A stretch of DNA of 64,000 nucleotides from Actinomycetota bacterium (GTDB lineage Bacteria; Actinomycetota; UBA4738; HRBIN12), in assembly GCA_050696355.1 (NCBI GenBank), contig JBOGVD010000098.1, positions 20,494-84,493 of the forward strand, written 5' to 3'. A model generated the notes under the pieces. That model was not told the DNA's origin. It searched no databases and was given only the letters and a program-made list of their open reading frames with translations. Every line of letters starts with the position of its first letter. The first letter of the stretch is position 1. Position numbers and translations under genes: made by a program. This document shows, in pieces, positions 1-9,003 of the stretch.

Positions 1-238
1 AGATCGCCGAGCTCGTCGCGGATCGCTTCGGAGTCGTCCGCGTCGATCGCCTCGAGCAGCTCGTGCGCTTCCTCCAGGAGGTGGCGCGCGAGCGTCTCGT
101 GCGTCTGCTCGCGATCCCACGGGCACCCGCCGGGCCCCCGCAGGCGCGCCATCACCTTCACGAGATCGAGGAGTCGCCGGCCGTGCTCGGACGAAGGGAC
201 GGGGCCGGAGGGGACGTGCGACGCCGGATCCGGACGGT
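1..238 (-). CDS. mazG: Nucleoside triphosphate pyrophosphohydrolase MazG, N-terminal part; gene runs off the window start
   Basis: Minus-strand translation of bases 238-1 reads ...[59 protein letters not shown]. CPWDxEQTxxSL...EExYE is the MazG signature. mazG neighbours mfd in mycobacteria. Start codon is uncertain (GTG 238 or ATG 152). Confidence 0.7.
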
Positions 239-244
239 CGCCGG

Positions 245-1258
245 TCACGGCGCCGGCGAGACGCTGCTGCCCCGGCCGGCGTCGGCGGACGGGTCCGTGC
301 TCCGGGTCGGCTGCACCGAGAAGGTCTCGGGCGAGAAGCGTCCGTAGCGCGGATCCACCTCGACGCCGAGCGCGGCCGCCCGGTCCTCGAGCCATCCGCT
401 GAACTCCTGGTCGGCCACGGCTCCGAGGAGGCCGGTCTTCGCCTCCTCGTACGGCGTGACCTGCTTGTCGACCAGGTAGATCACGTGCCAGCCGAACTGC
501 GTCTGCACCGGCCGGGAGACCTCACCTGGCTCGAGCGCCACGACCGCGTTCGCGAACTCGGGGGCGTACTGCGCCGCGGGAGCGCTGCCGAGCTGCCCGC
601 CCCCCTCGTCGGCGCCGGGCTCGGTCGAGACCTTCCGCGCCAGCGCGATGAACTGCGCCTCCGTCGCATCCCGGACGCGTCGATAGACGCTCTCGGCCTC
701 GGCCTCCGACGCGACGAGGATATGGTTCGCCTGGACGGTCGTGAAGTCGAGCACGCGCTCCTCGTACTGGACGCGGAGGTCGTCCGAGCCCACACGCTCC
801 TCGGCGATCGCGGTCCGCACGGCGCGGAGCGTCAAGATCCTCCGGCCGAGCTCGAGGAGGTCCTCCCGGGTCAGGTCATGGGTCCCCAGCGCCTGCTGCA
901 GCTCCTCGGCGCCGACCTGGGTCTCGAGCTGCGCGACGGCTTCCTCCGCCTCCGCGTCGTCGGCCGCGATGTCGTTCGTCTCCGCGTAGCCGGCCACTGC
1001 GAGCCAGAGCAGCTCGGCCGAGAGCGCGATCCGGTCGCACGCCGCGCCCTCGCGCTCCCCCGCGACGGGCTGGCCGCCGCAGGGCGCTCCCTGGAGGTCC
1101 GCGAGGAGGCGCTGCAGGGCGACGGCGTGGCGGAGCTCGGCCTCGCCGACGTCCTGCTCGCCCACCCGAGCGACCTCCGGCTTGCCGGCGCCGCACGCGG
1201 CGACGAGCAGGGCGAGGGACGCGAGGATGAGCAGGCGAACGAGACGAGGAAGGGGCAT
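245..1258 (-). CDS. Parvulin-type peptidyl-prolyl cis-trans isomerase lipoprotein (SurA/PrsA-like foldase)
   Basis: 337 aa. N-terminal signal peptide with lipobox LLVAAC-G. C-terminal parvulin domain (ANHILVASEAEAESVYRRV...GGQLG...FGWHVIYLVD). Confidence 0.75.
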   Translation of the reverse strand: MPLPRLVRLLILASLALLVAACGAGKPEVARVGEQDVGEAELRHAVALQRLLADLQGAPCGGQPVAGEREGAACDRIALSAELLWLAVAGYAETNDIAADDAEAEEAVAQLETQVGAEELQQALGTHDLTREDLLELGRRILTLRAVRTAIAEERVGSDDLRVQYEERVLDFTTVQANHILVASEAEAESVYRRVRDATEAQFIALARKVSTEPGADEGGGQLGSAPAAQYAPEFANAVVALEPGEVSRPVQTQFGWHVIYLVDKQVTPYEEAKTGLLGAVADQEFSGWLEDRAAALGVEVDPRYGRFSPETFSVQPTRSTDPSADAGRGSSVSPAP

Positions 1259-1271
1259 CGGTCGCTGCAGT

Positions 1272-4200
1272 CTACCGGCGCGCTTCGTCGCCGAGGCTCA
1301 CGAGCTCTCCCAAGGCCTCGTGCAGGCGGGACCCGACCCAGGCCGGCAGGTCGGTGCTCGGGATCCGATCGGGCGTCAGGTTGAGCGTTCGCTTCGCCGC
1401 GTGGTACGTCGCCCCCGGCACCCGCCCGGCGAGGTCGAGACGCGCCGCCTCCGAGAGCTCGACGGGCCGGATCCGCACCTGGTCGCGGTACGTCGAGACC
1501 TCCTCGATCCCGAGCCCTCGGCAGGTCACCCGGAGGGACGCGATCGCGAACAGCGTGTCGACCTCCGTCGGGAGCGCACCGTAGCGGTCGATCGTCTCCG
1601 TCCGGATCTCCTCGAGCGTTCCGTGCTCCGCCGCGAGCGAGATGCGTCGGTAGAGCTCGAGGCGAAGGGACTCCTGCGCCACCCATCCCGGCGGCACGAA
1701 CGCGCGGACGGGGAGGTCGATCCGGAGCTCCTGCTCCTGGACGATCGGCTTGCCTTGCAGCTCCGCGACGGACTGCTGCAGGATCCGGCAATAGGTGTCG
1801 AATCCCACGGCCGCGATGTGCCCGTGCTGCTCGGCACCGAGCAGGTTGCCCGCGCCGCGGATCTCGAGATCGCGGAGCGCGATCCGGAATCCGGACCCGA
1901 GCGCCTGGTGGGTCGAGATCGTCGCCAGACGCTCGTGCGCCTCCTCCGTCAGTTGGCGGGCGGGCGGGAAGAAGAAGTACGCGAACGCGCGCTCGCTGCT
2001 CCGGCCCACGCGCCCCCGGAGCTGGTACAGCTGGGCGAGCCCCATCGCATCGGCGCGATCCACGATCAACGTGTTCGCGCTCGGGACGTCCAGGCCCGAC
2101 TCGATGATCGTGGTGCACACCAGGATGTCCGCGTCGTGATCCCAGAAACGGACCATCTGCTTCTCGAGCGCGTCCTCGTCCATCTGCCCGTGGGCCACGA
2201 CGACTCGCGCCTCCGGCATCTCGCGCTGGACCCACGAGGCCTGCCGGTCGATCGTCGCGACGCGGTTGTGGACCCAGAACACCTGACCTTCGCGGAGCAG
2301 CTCGCGCCGGACGGCGCCGAGCGCGAGCCCCTCGTCGTAGCTGCCGACGTAGGTGAGGACCGGCTGCCGGTCCTCGGGCGGCGTGTCGACCGTCGACATC
2401 TGCCGGATCCCGGTGAGGGCCATCTCGAGGGTTCGCGGGATCGGCGTGGCGGTCATCGTGAGCACGTCGACGTGCGCGCGGAACCGCTTCAGCCGTTCCT
2501 TGTGCGCGACGCCGAATCGCTGCTCCTCGTCGACCACCAGCAGTCCGAGGTCCCGGAACGAGACATCCGCACCGAGGAGGCGGTGCGTCCCGATCACGAC
2601 GTCGACCCGGCCCGCCGCCACGTCCGCGACCACCGTCCGTTGCTCGGCCGGCGACAGGAAGCGGGAGAGCATCGCGACCTTCACGGGGTACGGGGCGAAG
2701 CGTTCGCCGAACGTGACGAAGTGTTGCTCCGCGAGCAGCGTGGTCGGGACCAGGACGGCGACCTGCTTGCCCTCCATCACCGCCTTGAACGCAGCGCGGA
2801 TGGCGATCTCCGTCTTGCCGAACCCGACGTCGCCGCAGATCAGCCGGTCCATCGGCACGGGCCGCTCCATGTCGGCCTTGACCTCGTCGATGGCGGCCAC
2901 CTGGTCCTGCGTCTCCTCATGCGGGAACGCGTCTTCGAGCTCCCGCTGCCAGGGCGTGTCCGGTCCGAACGGGTGCCCCGGGACCGCCATGCGCGCGCTG
3001 TAGAGCCGCACGAGCTCTCCGGCCATGTCCCGGACCGCACGCTTGACCCTGGCGGTGGCCCTCGCCCAGTCCGTTCCGCCGAGCCGATGGAGACGCGGGG
3101 CGTCGCCGCCCAGGTACCTCGCCACCATGCCGACCTGATCCGTCGGCACGTACAGCCTGTCGTTGCCGGCGTACTCCAGGAGGAGGTAGTCGCGTTCGGC
3201 GCCGGCGAGCTCCCGGTGGACGACGCCGCCGTACCGCCCGACGCCGTGGGTCCGGTGCACGACGAAGCCGCCGGCCTCGAGCTCGTCGGCGACCGAGCTC
3301 GAGGGCCGCGTGGCGAACCGCGGGGCGGCGCGCGTGTGCCGTCGCGATCCGAAGAGGTCCTCCTCCGTGACGACGGCGAGACGCCCGGCCTCGAACAGGA
3401 AGCCGGCCGCGAGCGGGGCCTCGACGCGCTCGGCCGCCAGGTCGCCCACGACCTCGGCGGCCCGCTGCAAGGAACCGTGGCCGCGACCGACGAGCACGAC
3501 CCTGGTGCCGTCGGCGGCGGCCCGTTCGAGGCGGCGCGCGAGCTCGATCGGGTTGCCCTCCGCCGTGCCCCACCCGCGGATGCCGAGGTCGAGTCCCTCG
3601 GTGAACTCGGTCAGGTGCAGCCGGACGTGGCTCCCGATCGCGTCCTCGAGCGGCGACAGGAGCTTCGGCCCCGGCCACTCGATCGCGTCCGCGAGGGCAT
3701 CGCCCTCCGCGAGCGTCTGCGCGGCGCGCTGGAACGTCCGCTGGGCGTGGGTCACCGCGACCCAGCTCCCGGGCGGAAGGAGCTCGCCCGGCGTCGGCAT
3801 CCGATCGAACAGGAACGGGGCGAGCGTGTCCGACCCTTCGAAGCGGAGCCCGTCGGCGAGCCGCTGCAGCCCGTCGCGGAACCGGTCGGGCAGACCCGGC
3901 GCGCGCCGCTGCGCGAGCTCGCGCAGCTCGTCGTCGGGCAGCAGCTCGCGGACCGGCGCGACCTCGATCGCCCCCAGCTGCTTCGTCGAGAGCTGCGTCG
4001 AGGGGGAGAACTCCCGGAGCCGCTCGATCTCGTCGCCCCAGTACTCGAGCCGCACGGGCCGCCGGGCGATGCCGGGGAACACGTCGACGACGCCTCCCCG
4101 CACGGCGAACTCCCCGCGGTGCTCGACGACGTCGACGCGGACGTACCCCTGCTCCGAGAGCCGCTCCGCGAGCAGGTCGGGTGCGAGCTCGACGCCCGCC

Positions 4201-4619
4201 GCGAGCTGGAGCGCGGGCACCGTGCCCAGGCCCGGCGGCATCGCTTGCATCGCCGCGAGGTACGGAGCGAGGACGACGAACGGGCCCTCGGCAGTGCGCA
4301 GGCGCCGGACGGCGTCGGCCCGGCGTGCGGCCACCTCGGGCGCCGGATCCATCCCCTCGTACGGGAGCGCGTCCCAGGCCGGCAGGAGGGCGACCCGATC
4401 GTCCCCCAGGTAGGAGCCGATCCCGGGCGCGAGCTCCTCGGCCTCCCGAGGGCCCGGCGTGACCACCATGAGCGGTGCGTCCAACGCGGTCGCCAGCGCC
4501 GCCAGGAAACCGTCCTGCCCGGCGTCGACCCTGGCCACGATCGGACGAGCACGCTCCAAGAGCAGCCGCTCGAACGAGGGCGAGCCGACCAGCGCATCGA
4601 GCACCTCTCGGAGCGACAT
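1272..4619 (-). CDS. mfd: Transcription-repair coupling factor Mfd
   Basis: 1115 aa. DEAD/DEAH helicase motifs (GDVGFGKTEIAIRAAF, LVVDEEQRFGV), a TRCF domain and a RecG-like C-terminus. 14 bp from the preceding gene. Confidence 0.95.
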   Translation of the reverse strand: MSLREVLDALVGSPSFERLLLERARPIVARVDAGQDGFLAALATALDAPLMVVTPGPREAEELAPGIGSYLGDDRVALLPAWDALPYEGMDPAPEVAARRADAVRRLRTAEGPFVVLAPYLAAMQAMPPGLGTVPALQLAAGVELAPDLLAERLSEQGYVRVDVVEHRGEFAVRGGVVDVFPGIARRPVRLEYWGDEIERLREFSPSTQLSTKQLGAIEVAPVRELLPDDELRELAQRRAPGLPDRFRDGLQRLADGLRFEGSDTLAPFLFDRMPTPGELLPPGSWVAVTHAQRTFQRAAQTLAEGDALADAIEWPGPKLLSPLEDAIGSHVRLHLTEFTEGLDLGIRGWGTAEGNPIELARRLERAAADGTRVVLVGRGHGSLQRAAEVVGDLAAERVEAPLAAGFLFEAGRLAVVTEEDLFGSRRHTRAAPRFATRPSSSVADELEAGGFVVHRTHGVGRYGGVVHRELAGAERDYLLLEYAGNDRLYVPTDQVGMVARYLGGDAPRLHRLGGTDWARATARVKRAVRDMAGELVRLYSARMAVPGHPFGPDTPWQRELEDAFPHEETQDQVAAIDEVKADMERPVPMDRLICGDVGFGKTEIAIRAAFKAVMEGKQVAVLVPTTLLAEQHFVTFGERFAPYPVKVAMLSRFLSPAEQRTVVADVAAGRVDVVIGTHRLLGADVSFRDLGLLVVDEEQRFGVAHKERLKRFRAHVDVLTMTATPIPRTLEMALTGIRQMSTVDTPPEDRQPVLTYVGSYDEGLALGAVRRELLREGQVFWVHNRVATIDRQASWVQREMPEARVVVAHGQMDEDALEKQMVRFWDHDADILVCTTIIESGLDVPSANTLIVDRADAMGLAQLYQLRGRVGRSSERAFAYFFFPPARQLTEEAHERLATISTHQALGSGFRIALRDLEIRGAGNLLGAEQHGHIAAVGFDTYCRILQQSVAELQGKPIVQEQELRIDLPVRAFVPPGWVAQESLRLELYRRISLAAEHGTLEEIRTETIDRYGALPTEVDTLFAIASLRVTCRGLGIEEVSTYRDQVRIRPVELSEAARLDLAGRVPGATYHAAKRTLNLTPDRIPSTDLPAWVGSRLHEALGELVSLGDEARR

Positions 4620-4685
4620 CCGAACCTCCTCCGCACAACGCGAACAGCCCCGGTCGCGTGGCGACGGGGCATCGGAGGAACGATT

Positions 4686-6809
4686 CTAGACGGCGCGGAG
4701 CCTTCCACTCGGGCCGTCGGCCGCGGGGGCGGCCTCGGCGCGAGGCGTGACGTCGAACTCCGCCTCGCGCGCCGACAACCATCGCCAGAACGACGCCGGC
4801 TCGAGCGGCTTGGCGATGTAGTAGCCCTGCGCCTCGTCACATCCGAAGTCGCCGAGCCGGTCGAACGTCTCCCGATCCTGCACGCCTTCCGCGACGACCC
4901 GGAGGCCGAGGTTGCGACCCAGCTCGACGGTCGCTCGGACGATCGTGAAGTCCTCGACCCGGTCCATCATGTGCGAGACGAACGACCGGTCGATCTTGAG
5001 CTCCTCGATGGGGAGGCGCTTCAGATAGGAGAGCGAGGAGAACCCGGTGCCGAAGTCGTCGATCGACAGGCCGATCCCGAGGCGCGCGAGCCGGTTCAGC
5101 ACCGCGTCGGAACGACCCGAGTCGGCGACCAGGAAGCTCTCGGTGAGCTCCAGCCGCAGGAGCGACGCGGGCACGTCGAACCGCTCGAGCAGACCGCCCA
5201 CGAGATCGGGCAGCTCCTGGTCGAGCAGGCTCCGTGGCGAGAGATTCACCGCCACGGGGATGCGGACGTCGTAGTCCCCCCAGGAGCGGAGGGTCCGCAC
5301 CACGTCTTCGATCGCCCAGTAGGTCAGCGGCTTCAGGAGCACCGTCTTCTCGACCATCGGGATGAAGTCCGCGGGCGATAGCCGGCCGAGGGCGGGGTGC
5401 TCCCACCGGATCAGGGCCTCGGCACCGGCGACCCGACCATCCGACAGACGGACCTTCGGCTGGAGGTACATGCGGAACTGATCGTCGTCGATCGCCGGGC
5501 GGACCTGGGTCACGAGCGTCAGCAGCTCCGGCTTGTACCGGTCGATCACCTCGTCGTAGACCTCGACGCCGAGCCCGGACTCCTTCGCCGCGTACATCGC
5601 GACGTCGGCGTGACGCAGGAGCATGTCCGGGTCCTCGGCGTGGGTCGGGTAGAGCGCGATCCCGAGGCTGCCGGAGACGTCGAGGTCGAGCTCTTCGACG
5701 CGGATCGGGCGGCGGATCCCGTCGGTCAGCCGTCCGCCGAGGACCGTGGCCGTCTCGTCGTCCGGGAGGTCCCGCAGGAGGACCCCGAACTCGTCGCCAC
5801 CGAGCCTCGCCATCAGGTCGCCCTCGCGAAGCGACTCGGAGATCCGTGGGCCGATCGCACACAGGAGCTTGTCCCCGAAGTGATGACCCAGGGCGTCGTT
5901 GATCTCCTTGAAGTGGTCGAGGTCCATCAGCAGCACCCCGACCTTCCCCCCGTCCCGCTGCGCCTCACCGATCGCGAGGGCCAGGCTCCGCTGGAAGAAG
6001 AGGCGGTTCGGCAGTCCGGTCAGGTGATCGTGCAGGGCCTGGTGCTCGTTCTCCGCTTGCCGGCGGGCGAGCTCCTCCGTCGCGACCTCCAGCGATCGCG
6101 TCCGGTGCAGCATCTGCCACGCGAAGGCGAGCGGCGCGATGAACACGACGATCGCCCACAGGCCGACCGACTGCGTCGTCTTCGCGACGAGCAGGCTGAA
6201 CAGCGCGAGGCCCAGGTACGAGAGCAGGAACTCCGCGACGACGCCTTCGTGCATCGCGCGCAGGACGTGATCGAGGCGGTAGCGGAACCGGAGCGTCTGC
6301 CACTCCGCGACGACCATCGTGCTGATCGCGTACCCGACGAGCGCCGAGACGATCACGGTGGCGCCCACGACGAACCACCGGTCGTCGAGCTCGGTGAGGC
6401 CGTGGAAGAAGGTGCTCTGGGCGAGCACCGTCAGGGCGAGCTGCGCGCGCCGGAAGAGGGCAGTGAGCGGCGGATGCTCACGCCGCAGCTCCTCCTGATC
6501 GAGGGACGCCACGAGGACGATCACGGCCGCGACGTGCGGCGGGTAGAGGAGCGCGACCGACAGCTCCAGGGGGAAGCTCAGGCTGAACGGGAACGGCATC
6601 CGCCGCGGCAGGGGCATGAGGTGCACGAGCGCGATCGCACCCGCCCAGACCAGCAGCTTCCAGTCCACGAACGCGATCGGCACGCGCCAGGACTCGAATC
6701 CCAGGTAGGCGATGAGGGGGATCGCCACCAGCAGCTCGTACGCCCGGACGACGTAGCGCCGGCCGGTCGCCGCGACCCGAGGCGGAACGGTCTTTTCAGC
6801 GATCGCCAC
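4686..6809 (-). CDS. Membrane-anchored diguanylate cyclase/phosphodiesterase (N-terminal multi-TM sensor + GGDEF + EAL)
   Basis: 707 aa. About 6 predicted TM helices at the N-terminus. GGDEF motif (RLGGDEFGVLL). EAL domain (GAEALIRWEHP...DDFGTGFSSLSYLKRLPIEELKIDRSFV). Confidence 0.85.
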   Translation of the reverse strand: MAIAEKTVPPRVAATGRRYVVRAYELLVAIPLIAYLGFESWRVPIAFVDWKLLVWAGAIALVHLMPLPRRMPFPFSLSFPLELSVALLYPPHVAAVIVLVASLDQEELRREHPPLTALFRRAQLALTVLAQSTFFHGLTELDDRWFVVGATVIVSALVGYAISTMVVAEWQTLRFRYRLDHVLRAMHEGVVAEFLLSYLGLALFSLLVAKTTQSVGLWAIVVFIAPLAFAWQMLHRTRSLEVATEELARRQAENEHQALHDHLTGLPNRLFFQRSLALAIGEAQRDGGKVGVLLMDLDHFKEINDALGHHFGDKLLCAIGPRISESLREGDLMARLGGDEFGVLLRDLPDDETATVLGGRLTDGIRRPIRVEELDLDVSGSLGIALYPTHAEDPDMLLRHADVAMYAAKESGLGVEVYDEVIDRYKPELLTLVTQVRPAIDDDQFRMYLQPKVRLSDGRVAGAEALIRWEHPALGRLSPADFIPMVEKTVLLKPLTYWAIEDVVRTLRSWGDYDVRIPVAVNLSPRSLLDQELPDLVGGLLERFDVPASLLRLELTESFLVADSGRSDAVLNRLARLGIGLSIDDFGTGFSSLSYLKRLPIEELKIDRSFVSHMMDRVEDFTIVRATVELGRNLGLRVVAEGVQDRETFDRLGDFGCDEAQGYYIAKPLEPASFWRWLSAREAEFDVTPRAEAAPAADGPSGRLRAV

Positions 6810-6966
6810 CGGCGGCCTCGCTTCTCACGCTCAGGCCCCCACGGACGGCGCGAACCATGAAGAGGCGGCAACGAAGAAGGCCTCGCGGCACGGGGGGATG
6901 TCGAGCCATGGAATGTGTATCGGCGCAGGTCACAGGACCTGAAGGGCGGAAGCTCCCCCGTTTCCC

Positions 6967-7548
6967 TCAGGGGCCCGGCGCGGTCCGGTTGAAGCGATCC
7001 TGGGTGCGTTCCAGTCCGTCGGCGATCAGCCCCCGCGTGGCGTCGGCCGCGTGGCTCACGAGGATCGCGAGGTCAGCCTCCTCCCGAGCCCCGACGGGCT
7101 GGAGCACGAAGTCCGCGGGATCCTGCCGGCCGGGCGGCCGGCCGATCCCCACCCGCACCCGGAGGTAGTCGGGACCTCGCAGGGCTTGGTCGAGCGAGCG
7201 CAGCCCGTTGTGACCGCTGTTCCCGCCCCCGGCCTTGAGCCGGATAGTGCCCGCCGGGATGTCCAGCTCGTCGTGCACGGCGACCAGGTGGTCGGGGTCC
7301 ACGCCGAGCTTCTTGGCCAGCGACGCGTACGAGGTGCCCGCCTCGTTCATGTACCGCGTGGAGCGCGCGAGGATCACGCGCTCCTCCCCGACCCGGATCT
7401 CCGCGGACTCGGCCGGCAGGAAGCGCACCTTCCGGAACCGCTCGCCGGCCTCTCGGGCCAGCTCGTCGACGACCATCCGGCCGAGGTTGTGACGGGTCCG
7501 CACGTAGCGGTCGTCGGGGTTCCCGAGGCCGGCGACGAGCCAGGCCAT
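6967..7548 (-). CDS. pth: Peptidyl-tRNA hydrolase
   Basis: 193 aa. MAWLVAGLGNPDDRYVRTRHNLG..HNGLRS signature. Immediately downstream of rplY, as in most bacteria. Confidence 0.93.
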   Translation of the reverse strand: MAWLVAGLGNPDDRYVRTRHNLGRMVVDELAREAGERFRKVRFLPAESAEIRVGEERVILARSTRYMNEAGTSYASLAKKLGVDPDHLVAVHDELDIPAGTIRLKAGGGNSGHNGLRSLDQALRGPDYLRVRVGIGRPPGRQDPADFVLQPVGAREEADLAILVSHAADATRGLIADGLERTQDRFNRTAPGP

Positions 7549-7551
7549 CGG

Positions 7552-8310
7552 CTAGCTCTCGCCGTCCCCCTCGGAGGGCGCCTCGCCGCCTTCGCCCTCG
7601 GCGGCGCTTTCGCCTTCGGCGGCGCCTTCGCCCTCTGCTCCCTCGCCCTCGCCCTCTGCTCCCTCGCCCTCGCCCTCGGCGGCCTCCTCCGCGGCGACCT
7701 CGGCGGCTTCCTCGGGAGCCTCCTCGCCGGCGACCGCGAGGTCCAGCTCCGTGTCCATGACCGCGGGCTCGACGACGGCGAGCACCATGGTGTCGGGATC
7801 GGTGAGGAACTCGACGCCGTCGGGCGGCACGAGGTCCCCGACCCGGACCGCGTCGCCGATCGCGAGGCGCGTGATGTCGAACTCGATCCGCTGCGGCACG
7901 TCGGCCGGCAGGCACTCGACCTCGACCTCGCGGAGGTGATGCTCGATCACGCCGCCGGCGTGCACCCCGACGGAGTCGCCGACCTCGTGGAGCTCGATGT
8001 TCACCGTGATCTTCTCGTCGCGCCGGACGGCCATGAAGTCGACGTGGATGAAGCGGTTGTGGATCAGGTCCCGCTGGATCTCCCGCGCGATCGTCAGGTG
8101 CTCCTGACCGTCGAGCTTCAGGTCGACGAGGACGCTCGCCTGGCCCATCGCGTGGAAGACGTGCAGCAGGTCGAGGGCGCTCACATGGATCGGTGTGGGA
8201 TCGACGCCGGCTCCGTAGAGGACGGCCGGAACGCGCCCCGTGGCGCGGAGGCGATGCGCGGGGCCCTTGCCGGTCTCGGTGCGGGGTTCGGCTCGAAGGG
8301 TGGCTTCCAT
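7552..8310 (-). CDS. rplY: 50S ribosomal protein L25 / general stress protein Ctc with Gly/Glu/Ala-rich C-terminal tail
   Basis: 252 aa. N-terminus RTETGKGPAHRLRATGRVPAVLYG is typical of L25/Ctc. The last ~55 aa are acidic low complexity (AEGEGEGAEGEGEG...). Confidence 0.9.
   Translation of the reverse strand: MEATLRAEPRTETGKGPAHRLRATGRVPAVLYGAGVDPTPIHVSALDLLHVFHAMGQASVLVDLKLDGQEHLTIAREIQRDLIHNRFIHVDFMAVRRDEKITVNIELHEVGDSVGVHAGGVIEHHLREVEVECLPADVPQRIEFDITRLAIGDAVRVGDLVPPDGVEFLTDPDTMVLAVVEPAVMDTELDLAVAGEEAPEEAAEVAAEEAAEGEGEGAEGEGEGAEGEGAAEGESAAEGEGGEAPSEGDGES
7555..7700 (-). repeat. Coding tandem repeat (GCC/CTC-rich ~21-nt units) specifying the (A/E/G)n tail of L25
   Basis: Direct repeats gccctctgctccctcgccctc x2 plus degenerate copies, inside the 3' end of rplY. 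Confidence 0.6.
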
Positions 8311-8465
8311 GGCAGGTCAGGGGTCCTATCCGAAGGGTTCGCTGCGGCCGGTCATCGTACCAGCGGCGATGCGCCGACCGGCATCTACCGCTGGCCGGAG
8401 ACCGAGGACGCAGACTGAGCGGCATCGAGCGATACCTTCCGGCCGCCTCGTGCGTCCTGGAGGTA

Positions 8466-9003
8466 TGGCGCGAACACTCGTACGGGCCGGGTTGAGAGAG
8501 GGAACGGCGGTGACCGAGCCGAAGGGCGAGCTGGCGGATCTCTACGTCCGCCACGTCCCCTCGGCCAACCGGCTCGCCTTCCTCCTGACCGGCGACCGCT
8601 CGCAGGCAGAGGATCTCGTGCACGACGCGTTCGTGCGATGCGTCGGACGGTTCGGCCACCTGCGGGCTCACGAGGCGTTCGACGCGTACCTGCGACGCAC
8701 GATCGTGAACCTCCACACGTCGAGGCTGCGCCGGCTCCGCGTCGAGCGCACGTTCCTGTCGACCCACACAGACCTCGGGCCGCGCACGTCCGCCATGCCG
8801 GACGTCGCCGGGCGCGAGGACATGTGGCGCCGGCTGGGGACGCTGCACCCGCGTCAACGAGCCGTGCTGGTGCTCCGCTACTACGAGGACCTGTCGGAAC
8901 GGGAGACGGCCGAGGCGCTGCGGTGCTCGGTCGCCGCCGTGAAGTCGCTGACGGCCGCGCGATGGCGGCGCTCCGTGAAGGGATCAGGGGTGAGGACGGA
9001 TGA
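8466..9003 (+). CDS. ECF-family RNA polymerase sigma factor; 3' end appears frameshifted (as-is translation runs on to 9238)
   Basis: Sigma-70 region 2 (ELADLYVRHVPSANRLAFLLTGDRSQAEDLVHDAFVRC) and region 4 (LSERETAEALRCSVAAVKS) from the ATG at 8466. After about nt 8964 the +1 frame gives ...MAALREGIRGEDG* ending in a TGA at 9001-9003. That forms an ATGA overlap with the anti-sigma ATG at 9000. The annotated frame overlaps the next gene by 238 nt. Confidence 0.6.

Noticed and set aside
1182-5381. 1399-aa ORF on the + strand antisense to mfd, plus many other 300-1000 aa antisense ORFs (e.g. 8385..11384 -, 2917..4782 -, 19244..21058 +, 21079..23241 + 5' part, 53170..55080 +)
   Set aside because: Arg/Pro/Gly-rich low-complexity translations typical of stop-codon-poor high-GC DNA. 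Each overlaps a well-supported gene on the opposite strand or in another frame.
7555-7700. Short tandem DNA repeats that could suggest a CRISPR-like or VNTR locus
   Set aside because: Units are contiguous, lie in-frame inside rplY and encode its acidic tail. No spacer structure and no cas genes.
8310-8466. ECF-type autoregulatory promoter (GGTTC-N15-CGTA) upstream of the sigma factor
   Set aside because: Match to the GGAAC/CGTT consensus is weak and spacing is short; not reportable as a feature.
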